NCBI RefSeq assembly: GCF_006345805.1
Contig: NC_043003.1
Coordinates: 53,630,001-53,694,000 of the forward strand
DNA: 64,000 nucleotides
Reading direction: 5' to 3'
From: Octopus sinensis
Taxonomy: Eukaryota
Positions 39,705 through 50,688 of this stretch are shown here, in pieces (within the stretch, counting starts at the first letter, position 1; each line of letters begins with the position of its first letter). The notes below the pieces were generated by a model. The model searched no databases and had not been told where the DNA came from. It saw only the letters and a program-made list of their open reading frames with translations. A program made the position numbers and the translations under genes.

Positions 39705-39712
<8 letters not shown>
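37201..39712. repeat. Direct tandem duplication, period 1266 bp
   Basis: 37201-38446 equals 38467-39712 by eye; identical ORF pairs in the track are offset by 1266; bounded by (TA)n; each unit holds a family-B SINE (37541-37763, 38807-39029, minus). Confidence 0.95.
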
Positions 39713-39749
<37 letters not shown>

Positions 39750-39792
39750 TGTAAGTGAATGAATGTATTTATCTATGTGTATGCCCATAAGT

Positions 39793-40133
39793 ATTAATAT
39801 GCTTCGTTTTTGGATTTGGTTTGCAAGATTCTTTATATGAGTTCGTGTGTTGAAGCATATTCTGTTGTGTCTGGGGAGAGTCATTTTCTTTTTGTGTCTT
39901 ATAATTTAACACACTCACTGGTAAAATTTCCACTTATTTATTATTTTTATTTTCCTAAAATTTTCGTTGCATCTTGCAACCTTTTCAATAGTCTTGATTC
40001 TCTTAGGAAAATAAAAATAAGAAATAAGAAATAAGAAATAAGAAAAATAAGAAATAAGTGGAAATTTTACCGGTGAGTGTATTACATTATAAGGCACAAA
40101 AAGAAAATGACTCTCCCCAGACACAACAGAATA
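39793..40133. repeat. Foldback of a PLE-associated repeat
   Basis: Arms 39856-39958 and about 40002-40133 are reverse complements, with a (GAAATAA)n expansion in the right arm. Confidence 0.8.
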
Positions 40134-40229
40134 TTAATATGCTTGTTTGTGTCTAAATATATATGAATATATGCATGCTTGTTTATAAACGAATATGTGC
40201 TTATGATGTGTATGTGTGCATATATGCAA

Positions 40230-40276
<47 letters not shown>

Positions 40277-40699
40277 TGTGTGTGTATGTGTGTGTGTGTG
40301 TGTGTGTGTGTATGCAAGTCTGTGTGTGTGTAGAAGGAGCTATAATCCAAGATGTGTCCTCATAAAGCACATCTGTGCATTCCCTGTGTATATATGTAGA
40401 TATTTTATTTTAAATGATACAATCTTATATACAAGCTGAAAGTCTTGGTGAATGATAATATCTAGGAAAATTACATATACTACCAATTCCGTTTTACGCG
40501 TTTCATTATCGTACAGGAAATACATTATGAATATAAATATTATTATTAATCATAATAATATGATAAACATAATTAAATCATAATAGTTGTACATATGTTC
40601 TCTACATGTATACAACTATTATGAATTCAGTATTATTATTGCTATTATTACAATTTGATGAAAACTCACAGCTTATTTTGCTGGGTATGATGGAAAGTG

Positions 40700-41543
40700 T
40701 CAGCTGACCATTATTATAGTTGTTGTTGTTGTTATAGACATTGCACCGTATACAGTATGGTGAGGTTGTTAATTTAAGATATTGTGTCTACCGGGGGGGG
40801 GGGGTATTGTTTGTTAAGTCACGACAAGAATCTCAGACAGACAGTACTTTACACAATATGTGTGCAGTTCCAAGTAATGCCGACTTTTGCAAGACACCTA
40901 GATTGGAGGGTATTTCTAAAGTTTACAGATGTTTTTTTCAGATTGGGTGGTATTGAACCCAATGCTCTGATGACAATAAGGATAACCTTTATGTTTGACT
41001 CTCATAGCTGCCACATTTTAGCAATCTCAATTTTCAGGTCTCCATATTTATCAACCTTTTCTCTTTTTTTCATGATAATATGTTGATCTTCTGGCACTAT
41101 CATGTCAATTATTAAGCATTCTTGTTTGTCCCTCCTAAAGGTTACTATATCTAGCTTTCGGTGCTCTAATACTTTGTCTGTCTGGAAGTCAAAGTCCTAG
41201 AGGATTTTTGCCCTCCCCTTTTCGTCCATTACCTTTACCAGTGTATGTTGGTATCAGGCACCCATAACCTCATATCCATACTTATGGCAGAAAATAGCCA
41301 CTGAAGGTTTTGGGTTACCTTGTTGTGTTTGTGCTTGCACTATTTCTGCACAAGACTTTCACAAGCATTAACAATGTGAGTCACAGTTTTGACCCTCTTT
41401 CCACACATTTTTCAGAGGTTTGTTGCACTTGTGTGGTAAATATTTCTTTTCACTAAGTTGGTATTCAATGCCTGGTCCTGGGCAGCGATGACTAGGCTTT
41501 CAGTATTCTTTTTTAGGTCACCCTTGTTAAGCTACCTCCATTA

Positions 41544-41545
<2 letters not shown>
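40700..41545 (-). mobile_element. Second R4/Dong-like LINE family, 5'-truncated
   Basis: Minus strand DFDFQTDKVLEHRKLDI..CLIIDMIVPED..KVDKYGDLKIEIAKMW..VI.ALGSIP..LQKSALLGTAHILCKVL; flanked by (TAA)n and (CAA)n. Confidence 0.85.
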
Positions 41546-41576
<31 letters not shown>

Positions 41577-41764
41577 GTAGTAGTAGTAGTAGTAGTAGAA
41601 GTAGTTTATAATTATATTATGAATATAATTATATTTATATTCATAATGTATTTCCTACACTATAATGATACACATGTAACATGGAATTAAAAATGTACAA
41701 GATTTTCTAGTATTTTTACAAAATATATACTTACTCTACAACTAGTATCATATAGAATCATTCA

Positions 41765-42237
41765 CCAGGACTTTGAAGAAACATGTGAAAGTGTCGACCT
41801 CGGACGACATGGGATGAAGTGGTGAGAAAGGGTCTTTAGACATTGGGCCTTACAGAGAGGATGACTAGGGACTGAGACTTCTGGTAGTTTGCTGTGCTTG
41901 AGAAGACATGTCAAGCTAAGCCAAATTGTGGTTGTCCTTGCATACAAGCATGTCCCCTGCATCTCTCTTCAGCTGAGCAATCCTAACTTTGCAGGCTCAT
42001 GGGTGCTGGCACATGTAAAAAACATCCATACTGGCACCACATAGAAGCACCTGTGCCATGTTGCATAAAAGCACCAAGTACACTTTGTAAAGTGGTTGGT
42101 GTTAGGAAGGGCATCCAGCTATCAAAATCATGCCAAAACAGACATGGAGCCTGGGCGTCTCTTCAGCTGGCCAGTTCCATTCAAACTGTCCAACCCATGC
42201 CAACATGGAAAATGGATGTTAAATGATGATGATGATA
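41765..42237 (+). mobile_element. RTE LINE 3' end plus RTE-related tail
   Basis: WDEVVRKGL.TLGLTERMTRD.DFW.FAVLEKT, then the family tail ending in (GAT)n. Confidence 0.75.
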
Positions 42238-42263
42238 CATTTGATTTAAGGAATGTGCAGATA

Positions 42264-42773
42264 TCTATATATATAAAACTCTAGTTGTGTGAGTGTCTGT
42301 CCCCTTCGATTTAGATTCCTAACTCCTCCCACATTTTGCGGTGCAGTTTAACCAAATTCGAGTATCTTATAGTCGGGATTCATATCGATCCCGTCTGGCT
42401 ATTAGCGCGCGTCAACGATGAGTCTACGATTTTAAAAATAATTTAACATCATTTTTTATTCCATTTTAATGCATAATTTTTCGTGTGTCGATGGCGGCAG
42501 AGTTGGCGTCCACGCTCACAGCTGCACCTGTTTGCTTCTCCCCCTTCCCTCCCTCGTGAAGCTGTGGGGAAGGGAGTGTAAAGAAATCAACGTCGTAATG
42601 TGTTGTCAAGGAGACCAGCGTTCTTTTAGAACAACGACTTCATGGCTTGAAGACACCAAAACAGAAATGGCTAAGAAAGCCCGAATTGGCATCTATAAGG
42701 GAAGTAACTCTCTAAAAATGCTTATATAGTTATTTCCCTTACAAACCCGAGCAACGTCGGGCGATACTGCTAG
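42264..42773 (+). mobile_element. Non-autonomous Helitron
   Basis: 5' TC(TATATATATAAAA), 3' hairpin cccga-gcaacg-tcggg (42746-61) then CTAG; inserted between A and T with no TSD; CpG retained. Confidence 0.88.
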
Positions 42774-42797
42774 TGTTTCATAAGGATATAGTCCTTA

Positions 42798-43190
42798 GGT
42801 GCAGGAGTGGCTGTGTTGTAAGTAACTTGCTTACGAACCACATGGTTTCGGGTTCAGTCCCACTGCATGGCACCTTGTGCAAGTGTCTTCTACTATAGCC
42901 TCAGGCCGATCAAAGCCTTGTGAGTGGATTTGGTAGATGGAAACTGAAAGAAGCCTGTCTTATATGTGTGTGTGTGTGTACATGTATAAGTTTGTGTGTC
43001 TGTGTTTGTCCCCTCACCATTGGTTGACAGCCGATGCTGGTGTGCTTACATCCCCATAAAAAGAGACCGATAGAATAAGTACCAGGCTTACAAAGAATAA
43101 GTCCTGGGCTCAATTTGTTCAACTAAAACAGTGGTGCTCCAGCATGGCTGTAGTCAAATGACTGAAACAAGTAAAAGAATAAAAGAAAAG
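42798..43190 (+). mobile_element. tRNA-headed SINE (family A), near full length
   Basis: ggtgcaggagtggctgtgttgtaag...gggttcagtccc (A/B boxes)...tgactgaaacaagtaaaagaataaaag; many partial copies in the window. Confidence 0.9.
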
Positions 43191-43195
43191 TCCTC

Positions 43196-43388
43196 TTAAA
43201 CCTTTAGCATTCCAATTACTCTGTCAAATGCAGTGCTTATTTATTCTCATTGTTCTGAATTAATCATGCATTATTTTGTAGCCTTGAGATTTCAATGATG
43301 TTTGTTTATTTTCAGAATGACATTCTAGGGTAGGTGTGAGAGGCTAGATCTGGCCAGTTTAAACATAAAACAGGTCGAATATTTGGGC
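43196..43388. mobile_element. TTAA-terminal MITE (ttaaccctttagcatt family), right end lost
   Basis: Reverse-complement similarity to 56447-56670. Confidence 0.6.
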
Positions 43389-43504
43389 TGGATATGGCCA
43401 GTTTAAATATACTATGTATGTATGTATGTATGTATGTATGTATGTATGTATGTATGTATGTATGTATGTATGTATGTATGTATGTATGTATGTGCATGTC
43501 TGCC

Positions 43505-43620
43505 TGTCATTATTCAGTTTATTTCAAGATTTCTTGCCAATAGGATAAGAACCAGTTTCTAACCTAGATTCAAGGCTCCTTCTTTGGAATTACAACATCA
43601 AAAATAGGTATTTTTGTTTG
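43505..43620 (-). mobile_element. Isolated 3' UTR of the (CATA)n-associated RLE LINE
   Basis: Reverse complement of gttgtaattccaaagaaggagccttgaatctaggttagaaac..cttgaaataaactgaataatga, embedded between (TATG)n arrays. Confidence 0.75.
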
Positions 43621-44087
43621 TATGTATGTATGTATGTATGTATGTATGTATGTATGTATGTAGGTATGTATGTATGTATGTATGTATGTATGTATGTATG
43701 TATGTATGTATGCATGCATGTATGTATGTATGTATGCATGTATGCATGTAAATATGATTGTATGTATGTATAAAACAAGAAGATGGAATGAACAGGCTTT
43801 AATCACAAACACAACAATGGTTTCTGTGCAATGATAACAACTGTTAGTTGTTGAGTTTTCCATATCATCCTAATACAGGATCCTATCATTTTATGCCCCA
43901 TTGTAATTTTAGCATTCTCTTTCTACCGAGTAACCTATAAATTCAAACAGCCTATTGAAGTTCCACATGAATATCCTGCAAAAGGAGTAATTCTGCTGTA
44001 TAATGACATATGGTAGCCAATAACCGTATAGAAGCTTTGAAATGCACATTATGAGGTTATTACTCAGATGATATTAAATACATACAA

Positions 44088-44300
44088 GGCAGCGAGTTGG
44101 CAGAAATGTTAGCACACGGGCAAAATGCTTTGTGGTATTTTGTCTGTCTTTACAATCTGAGTTCAAATTCTGCTGAGGTCGACTTTAGCTTTCATCCTTT
44201 CGGGATCGATAAATTAAATACTAGTTGCACACTGGGGGTCGATCTAATCGATTGCCCCCACCCTCTCCAAAATTTTGGGACTTGTACCTAGAATAGAAAA
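44088..44300 (+). mobile_element. tRNA-headed SINE (family B)
   Basis: ggcagcgagttggcagaaatgttag...gagttcaaattctgc (B box)...ggggtcgatctaatcg; further copies at 55594-55810 and elsewhere. Confidence 0.85.
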
Positions 44301-44375
44301 GGATATTAAATACATACATACACACACATATACTTTGTAATGTACGAGTTGTAAAGTATATGAAAATATTTTTAC

Positions 44376-44753
44376 TGAAATTAAGAGGATGGTGAAGTAT
44401 GTCGTATCAGAAAACATTATGTGTGTGATAGTCTAGCAATGAGAAAATGTTATAGATATAAGGATTGCTTTATGTATGTTTATATATATATATATATATA
44501 TATACATATATTTATATATATGATGAAGGGATATCCATAATATCCCAGAAACAGCTGTAAGACTATATTTCTTTCCCTATAAATGTCCTGAAAACTCACA
44601 GCCTCGGCTTTGTTAACTGTTTTTGTCTTATACATACATACATACATACATACACACACACTCACACACATAGGGTTATCCAAAATATCCCAGAAACAGC
44701 AGTAAGATTATATCGCTTTCCTTATCAATGTCCTGAAAACTCCCCACAGCCTT
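44376..44753 (+). repeat. Left arm of a long inverted repeat (contains two tandem hammerhead remnants)
   Basis: Reverse complement of 47078-47447, including unique sequence aattaagaggatggtgaagtatg..., the microsatellite layout and hammerhead remnants at 44521-44563 and about 44675-44710. Confidence 0.9.
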
Positions 44754-45288
44754 AACTACATTAGATAGAGTGGGTTGATAAATTTATTATATAAAAAATT
44801 GACAGTTACTTTTTGAGTTTCAACTTTGGCCATTAGCCATTATAAATGTTACGTGTTTGCTTTTGTTTGTGTGTATACAAAGTAGTTTATCATTTTTCTT
44901 TCACCCTTTTACTACAGAAATCAAATATATTCTCTTGAAATGTTATTACCCTTAATTGCAACAAGCTGTTTTATACAACAGTCTATCTTTTATTGAGGAA
45001 TGTTTGGAGTTATTTTTTTTATATTTTATTTTATTTATTTTTGTTGTTGTTGTTAAAAAATGTTAAGTTTATTGAAGCAAAGTGACTTGCAGAAAAAATA
45101 CCAATTCTATTTTCTGGTAGATATTTAAAATCATTACTGGAGTAACCACAAAATTTTATTTCGCAGTTAACGGGTTAAAGTTCTAAAAAATTATTTAAAA
45201 AAAAACGAATAATGTTCAAAGTGATTTATAACAAATTTAATACATTCCCTTTTGACACAACTAATCGTCTGCATCCTTTCCTCTTAAA

Positions 45289-45320
45289 CCAATGATGCAA
45301 AGGTTCATAGCGCATGCGCT
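45289..45320. promoter_or_regulatory. CCAAT box plus NRF1/Ewg-type palindrome in a CpG-rich promoter-like region
   Basis: CCAAT at 45289-93; AGCGCATGCGCT at 45309-20; CpG is visibly frequent from about 45160 to 46750 versus depleted flanks. Confidence 0.65.
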
Positions 45321-45901
45321 CGTTTCCTCTTTCACCTTTAGGAACATCATTATACTCTGTAAATAGTGGAATTTCATTATTACACCGTTTTGGGTATTTT
45401 TTTAAGACTCGTCTGCGTCTAATCAAAAGCAAAATCGTTTTGTAAAAAATTTGACTTATATCGAATCCAAAACATTCAAGTTTTATTTTTGTAGGAAATG
45501 AGATAATATTTGTCTTCTATGTTGATATCTATAAACACCCGCCGCATTCCTTGTGTTTAAGATATTCTCCCCTCTTATAATTGCCACTACCTGAGACTTA
45601 GCATCAAGCTGCTTTTTTTTTTTTTTTGATCAGCTCAGCTATGAGTGTTTTCAACGAGGACTACATACATCTCCTAACTCGGACACGAAATCGTCTAATG
45701 TACTATTAATATCTAGATCCGTTATTTTTTCGCATCGCCACACAAATGTCCGGGACTCCGTCAACAAGAGATCAGAGTAGTCTCACTGCTGCTGATTGCA
45801 CCCGGTTGCTTCCCGTTTAATCATGAAATATTTCTCTAACGACTACATATCGTCGTTCTGCTATACTGCCGGATATATATAAAAAGATCCTACCATTCTG
45901 T

Positions 45902-45969
45902 ATGCATTTGGCTCGTATTTCAACTGGTATTGTAGACGATCTCTACAATGCCACCGTTTGTTCATTAAG
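45902..45969 (+). CDS. Candidate first coding exon of an unidentified gene
   Basis: ATG at 45902, MHLARISTGIVDDLYNATVCSL; donor AAG|GTATGT at 45970 (phase 2). Confidence 0.5.
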
Positions 45970-46079
45970 GTATGTAGTTTTCCATATCAATATATAAATG
46001 TTGTATACGACCAAATCACCGCAACAGTCGCAGAATCTACTTTTAACTATGCCTTTTAAATACACCTTTTCTTCTCAAG

Positions 46080-46108
46080 GTTCAGATCCTCCTCTTCTAC
46101 TGTATTAG
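46080..46108 (+). CDS. Candidate exon 2
   Basis: Acceptor ccttttcttctcaag|G, donor TAG|GTAGGT; phase 2 to 1 keeps the frame open (RFRSSSSTVL). Confidence 0.5.
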
Positions 46109-46208
46109 GTAGGTAGGCATTGGTTTTTCCCCCAAATTAAATTATAGCTGTAGGTTAATTCTCATTAATTAATTTCACGTGTACATTTACTCCAAATAAA
46201 TATTTTAG

Positions 46209-46253
46209 TTTCTCCGAATTATGCAATTAACACGGAAGCGCATTCCAAAACTG
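46209..46253 (+). CDS. Candidate exon 3
   Basis: Acceptor tattttag|, donor CTG|GTAAGT; phase 1 to 1, VSPNYAINTEAHSKT. Confidence 0.55.
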
Positions 46254-46758
46254 GTAAGTTTCATTTATTTATATATTTTTCATTTGGAGTTGACATTTCT
46301 ATATTTTGTCTATTTGTTTGTAATTCACAGTGAGAAAACGAATACTTCGGTAACCCGGAGTAAAGTGAAATTTAGTGAATTTCATTTTTTCTTATTGATA
46401 ACGATCGTAACTATGCCATGAGATGGTGCTCCAGCATGACCTCGGTCAAATGGCTGAAACAAGTCAAAGAATAAAAGAAAACATATACATATATCGTTAC
46501 TTAGTTAATACACACACATATATATATATGTATGTATGTGTATATCTATCAGTCTATCTTCGGTAAATCATAAATCCGAAAAAGAAACACACTCTTTTAT
46601 AGAGCAGTAGAGAAAATAGATAAAGATAGATATGGCCGGTCTATGGGGTTACCCTGAGTTTCGCGACCATAAAGCTCTTAGCTTTACAGCGTTTCTTCAG
46701 ACCCTAAAACTCGTTGGCCTATGGCCATAGACCAGCCTTCTCTCTCTCCCCCCATCTC

Positions 46759-46825
<67 letters not shown>

Positions 46826-47020
46826 ATATCTATCTATCTATCTATCTATAATATATATATATATTATATATATATAATATATATATATATAACGTGTATA
46901 TCGTTAACAGATACGGAAAATAAAATCTACACAGACTCAGTAATTTCATTTCAAAATTTTTACCCTCATAACGAAACAATTGCAAGTGATAATTTATTCT
47001 AATTTGTCTCTATTTCCTTC

Positions 47021-47060
<40 letters not shown>

Positions 47061-47077
47061 CGAAAACAGATAAAGCC

Positions 47078-47447
47078 AAGGCTGTGAGGAGTTTTCAGGA
47101 CATTTATAAGGAAAAGTGATATAGTCTTACTGCTGTTTCTGGGATATTTTGGATATCCCTATATATATGTGTGCGTTTGTGTGTGTGTATGTATGTATGT
47201 ATGTATAAGATAAAATCAGTTAAAGCCAAGGCTGTGAGTTTTCAGGACATTTATAGGGAAAGAAATATAGTCTTACAGCTATTTCTGGGATATTATGGAT
47301 ACCCCTTTCATCATATATATAACTATATATATATATATATAAACATACATAAATCAATCCTTATATCTATAACTTTTTCTGATTGGTAGACTGTCACACA
47401 CCTTAATGTTTTCTGATACGGCATACTTCACCATCCTCTTAATTTCA
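47078..47447 (-). repeat. Right arm of the long inverted repeat
   Basis: Reverse complement of 44376-44753; hammerhead remnants at about 47125-47160 and 47270-47312. Confidence 0.9.
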
Positions 47448-47574
47448 TTTTTTCCAAAATTAGCCAACTATATCCTTAATACCTTGGTGAGGGAGAAAAT
47501 TAATAATTTCCATGTGACAACGAATACACCTGTAATACCCTAATTACTTTCAAAAAGATACATTTGCTCTAGAT

Positions 47575-50522
47575 CAGTGGTTCTTTACCTTTTGCATCAT
47601 CTATCTTCCTGAAACTCTCCAGTGTATTACCGTGACTCCTATAATAAATTTTGTAATGGTGAACTTTGTGTAAAGGCAAAGTAAAACAAAACTATTAAGA
47701 TCCTAATTTATTGCAAATGTTATAAATGAAAGACCTTGAAAATGCTACAAGTGCTAAAAGAAAGAAAAAACGCATGGAACTACTAAGTACCGTACAAAAA
47801 CCTATACATTCATTCAGTGTGAGAGTTAATATTGTTTTACAACCTAAGTACATTAAAGCGAGGAGCAGTGCTTGACAGACAACACCTTGTGTTGGCATCA
47901 GTCACAAGCATACTGTATACCTTCATTTTTAATGCCATCATTGCAGTGATAGGTTGAGTGGGACTGGATCAGCATGGTCAGTGCATGCATCAAAAGAAAA
48001 GGATAATATCCTTCACTTTCGCCCAAAATGTCAGAAGCTCTTGTCCAGAAAAGTCAACTTTCAACTGAGTATCCTCACAAATTTGAAGAAATTCTACCTT
48101 CACAGCAATATCAGTATCACTGATGGCATTGTCCTTCACTGAAAAGGGTCTGCAGATTCACATATCAGTATAGCAGCCATCCAGTCCTGGGAAGTAACTT
48201 TTGGTGGCATCAGTCACTGCAACATGAGCTGAGATCTTTTCATGGAAACTGCATTCGGCTTCTGGCATAGAATCCAGTATAGTTGTCATCTGAGGGAAGA
48301 AAGTTGTGTCAGTTCCTGAACTCTCTTCTGGTAAAGTTGAATCTTACACTTGAATGCTGCCACTTTGTCAGGAACTATGTGCAGCATTGAAAGGTTTCCT
48401 TGGAGTGAACTGTTCGAGGAATTCACTTCAGAGAAGAAATCAATCAGGTAGGCAACCTTTGTTACGAAATAGTCATCTTGCATCTTTTCATGAAGTAGAG
48501 TCTTTTTCAAGGTACAACCTTGTTCCAACAGTAGCATTATTTCCTCTCAAAGTTGTAGCACCCGATTTAGAACCTTGTCACATGAGAGCCAACGTACCTC
48601 TGTGTGAAACAGGAGAACAAAGAAGTCAGCACCCATTTCTTCATAAAGCACTTTAAAAATCCTTGAAGTTGTTACACTCCCTCAGATGTGGTTCACAATC
48701 TTCACAACAACTGTGAGCACTTCTTGAAGTCCAGGTGAAAGATGCCAAAGCATAATGATGAATCATGTAATGCGTAAAGGAGACATGCAGAGCTACATTC
48801 TTCGCGGAGGCTTTGAAGCCAGATTTACAACCAGTCATGGAAGGAGCTTCATCTGTACACAGAGCAACAAGTGCTTCCCAGCTCAGCTCATGTTTAAGGA
48901 GAAAGGCTTCTAGGATATTGAAAATATTTTCTCCATGAGTTGTTGTGGCCACTGACTCAGAGAACAAGATCTCCTCCTTCATAACTTCTCTGCCAAGGTA
49001 GCGAACATAAAACAAGGAGTTGTTAACATGAGGCAACATCTGTTGACTCCTCCAGTTGCAATGAATACACAAGACTACTCTTCACAGCAGTCACCACCTG
49101 CAGCAGAATATCCTCATTCATGTCCAAAATCCAACGTTTGACCGTATCATTTGAAAGGGAAATTGCCCTGAACTGGTGTGCTTGCTGTTCTTCAAGAATC
49201 ACCTTCATTGCTTCCAGAATACATGGCTTAATCAGGTCTTCACCAATGGTATGAGACTTCTTGGTCTGCATAATTTTTAGAGCAATTCTGTATGGAGCCT
49301 CCAGTGCTGCTTTGTTCTGACAAAGTGACCAGTGGAATCAATGCGACTGGCCTCCAGTGGGGCTTCTTTTGCTTGAAATAGTCCGAGCTTTTGTCCACCA
49401 TTTGGCTGTGGCAAGACTCAAAATAAACCTTCAATTTGCTTGGCTTCATGCTTTCATAACTCAAAAGCTTGGCGCAAACAACGTATTGCGGCTTGACCAT
49501 AGAGTTCTGAATGATAGTTGTGAAACCCATCCTGAGAAAGGCTTCATTGTATATACGCTTCTTGGCAGACATACTGCAAACAGGAAAATAAGAATTCAGT
49601 ATACAATGTAAATGTTTTATTAAGTGCATTACATAATTATAGTACCGTAAATCCTCGAGTATAATCCGCATTTTTTCCCCAAAACTTAAAGGTCAAAATC
49701 CCTTGTATGTACAAGGTTAAAAATGAAAATTATTTTCTAAGCAATGTCTGAGTCTCTATTTGCTGTCTGGCTATGTTTATTCAAACACATTTTGTGATGT
49801 CAGGCGTGAAAATACCTTAAGCTAAGCCTGAAAGCAATGAAGTCATAAAAGAATCATCCATAACTTGCAGTAAGCAACATTTATGAAACGTTATTACTGT
49901 TATTTCTTTATTTTCTGCAAACAAAATTTACAAAAATGCTACATGTTTGCATTATGTTATATATACAATAATAATAAAGGACGTTACCGTATATATTTTT
50001 ACAAACCAAGGACGTTATATAAACCTCCTTGACTCCAGTTAGAGAAGGGGTGCGTATACACAAGGTTTAGGTTTTTCAGAGGTACAGCCCCCTAAAAATC
50101 CCTTGTGTATTATACTCAAGGGCAGACTATACTTGAGGATTTACGGTAAGCAAAATCGCAAAATAATACATGCAACAACACTGAATTCAGCAACTTAACA
50201 GACAAATATAACATTCACCTTTAGAACACAGCAATACACAAGGTAACGCAACACCACACACATTCCAGCGCACTAATCACAGATGAGCTTGCATGATCAT
50301 GTGACCAGAGATTAATAAGCAGTGGCACAGCTGAGAACTAGCAAATGAGTCTTGGAACGCAAAGCACCATGAGAGTCATAGGGCAGGAGAGAAGCATATA
50401 CAGTCCTGGTACTGCAAGCAGCTGCAATGCAATACCTCAAATACAGGAAATAAATTGTTTTCCCAAACTCTGTGACCCCTCCAAGAAACCCCAAACAACA
50501 ACCCCCAGGTTAAGAACCACTG
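47575..50522 (-). mobile_element. hAT Buster/Charlie-type transposon, near full length, transposase pseudogenised (ZBED5/SCAND3-like)
   Basis: TIR cagtggttct / agaaccactg; perfect 8-bp TSD CTCTAGAT (47567-74, 50523-30); KPQYVVCAKLLSYESMKPSKL, HTIGEDLIKP, SLSNDTVKR, SLQLEESTD, CTDEAPSMTG, THYMIHHYALA in broken frames. Confidence 0.95.
49645..50146. mobile_element. Tc1/pogo-type MITE nested in the hAT element
   Basis: TIRs ccgtaaatcctcgagtata / tatacttgaggatttacgg; TA TSD; inverted relative to 21418-21932. Confidence 0.9.
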
Positions 50523-50688
50523 CTCTAGATAGCATTTTGTATAAATGAATACATAAAATCCATGTATATAAACTGTATGTATGTGTGTACCGTATTTATA
50601 TATATCTATATATATATATATTTATGAATTAGAATGAGATAACAAAGCCAAGGCTGTGAAGAGTTTTCAGGACATTTATAATGGAATA

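Noticed and set aside
45669-45824. Minus-strand frame MIKREATGCNQQQ-TGA-DYSDLLL...ELGD|gtatgt suggesting selenocysteine or readthrough
   Set aside because: No recognisable selenoprotein motif around the TGA, no SECIS visible, and it overlaps the better-supported + strand first exon; chance is the simplest explanation.
45925-45953. Iron-responsive element
   Set aside because: The loop is CGAUC, not CAGUGN, and there is no bulged C.
44367-47456. Pack-MULE-style TSD around the long inverted arms
   Set aside because: Flanks tatttttac and ttttttcca are merely T-rich, not a duplication; the arms lack obvious transposon termini.
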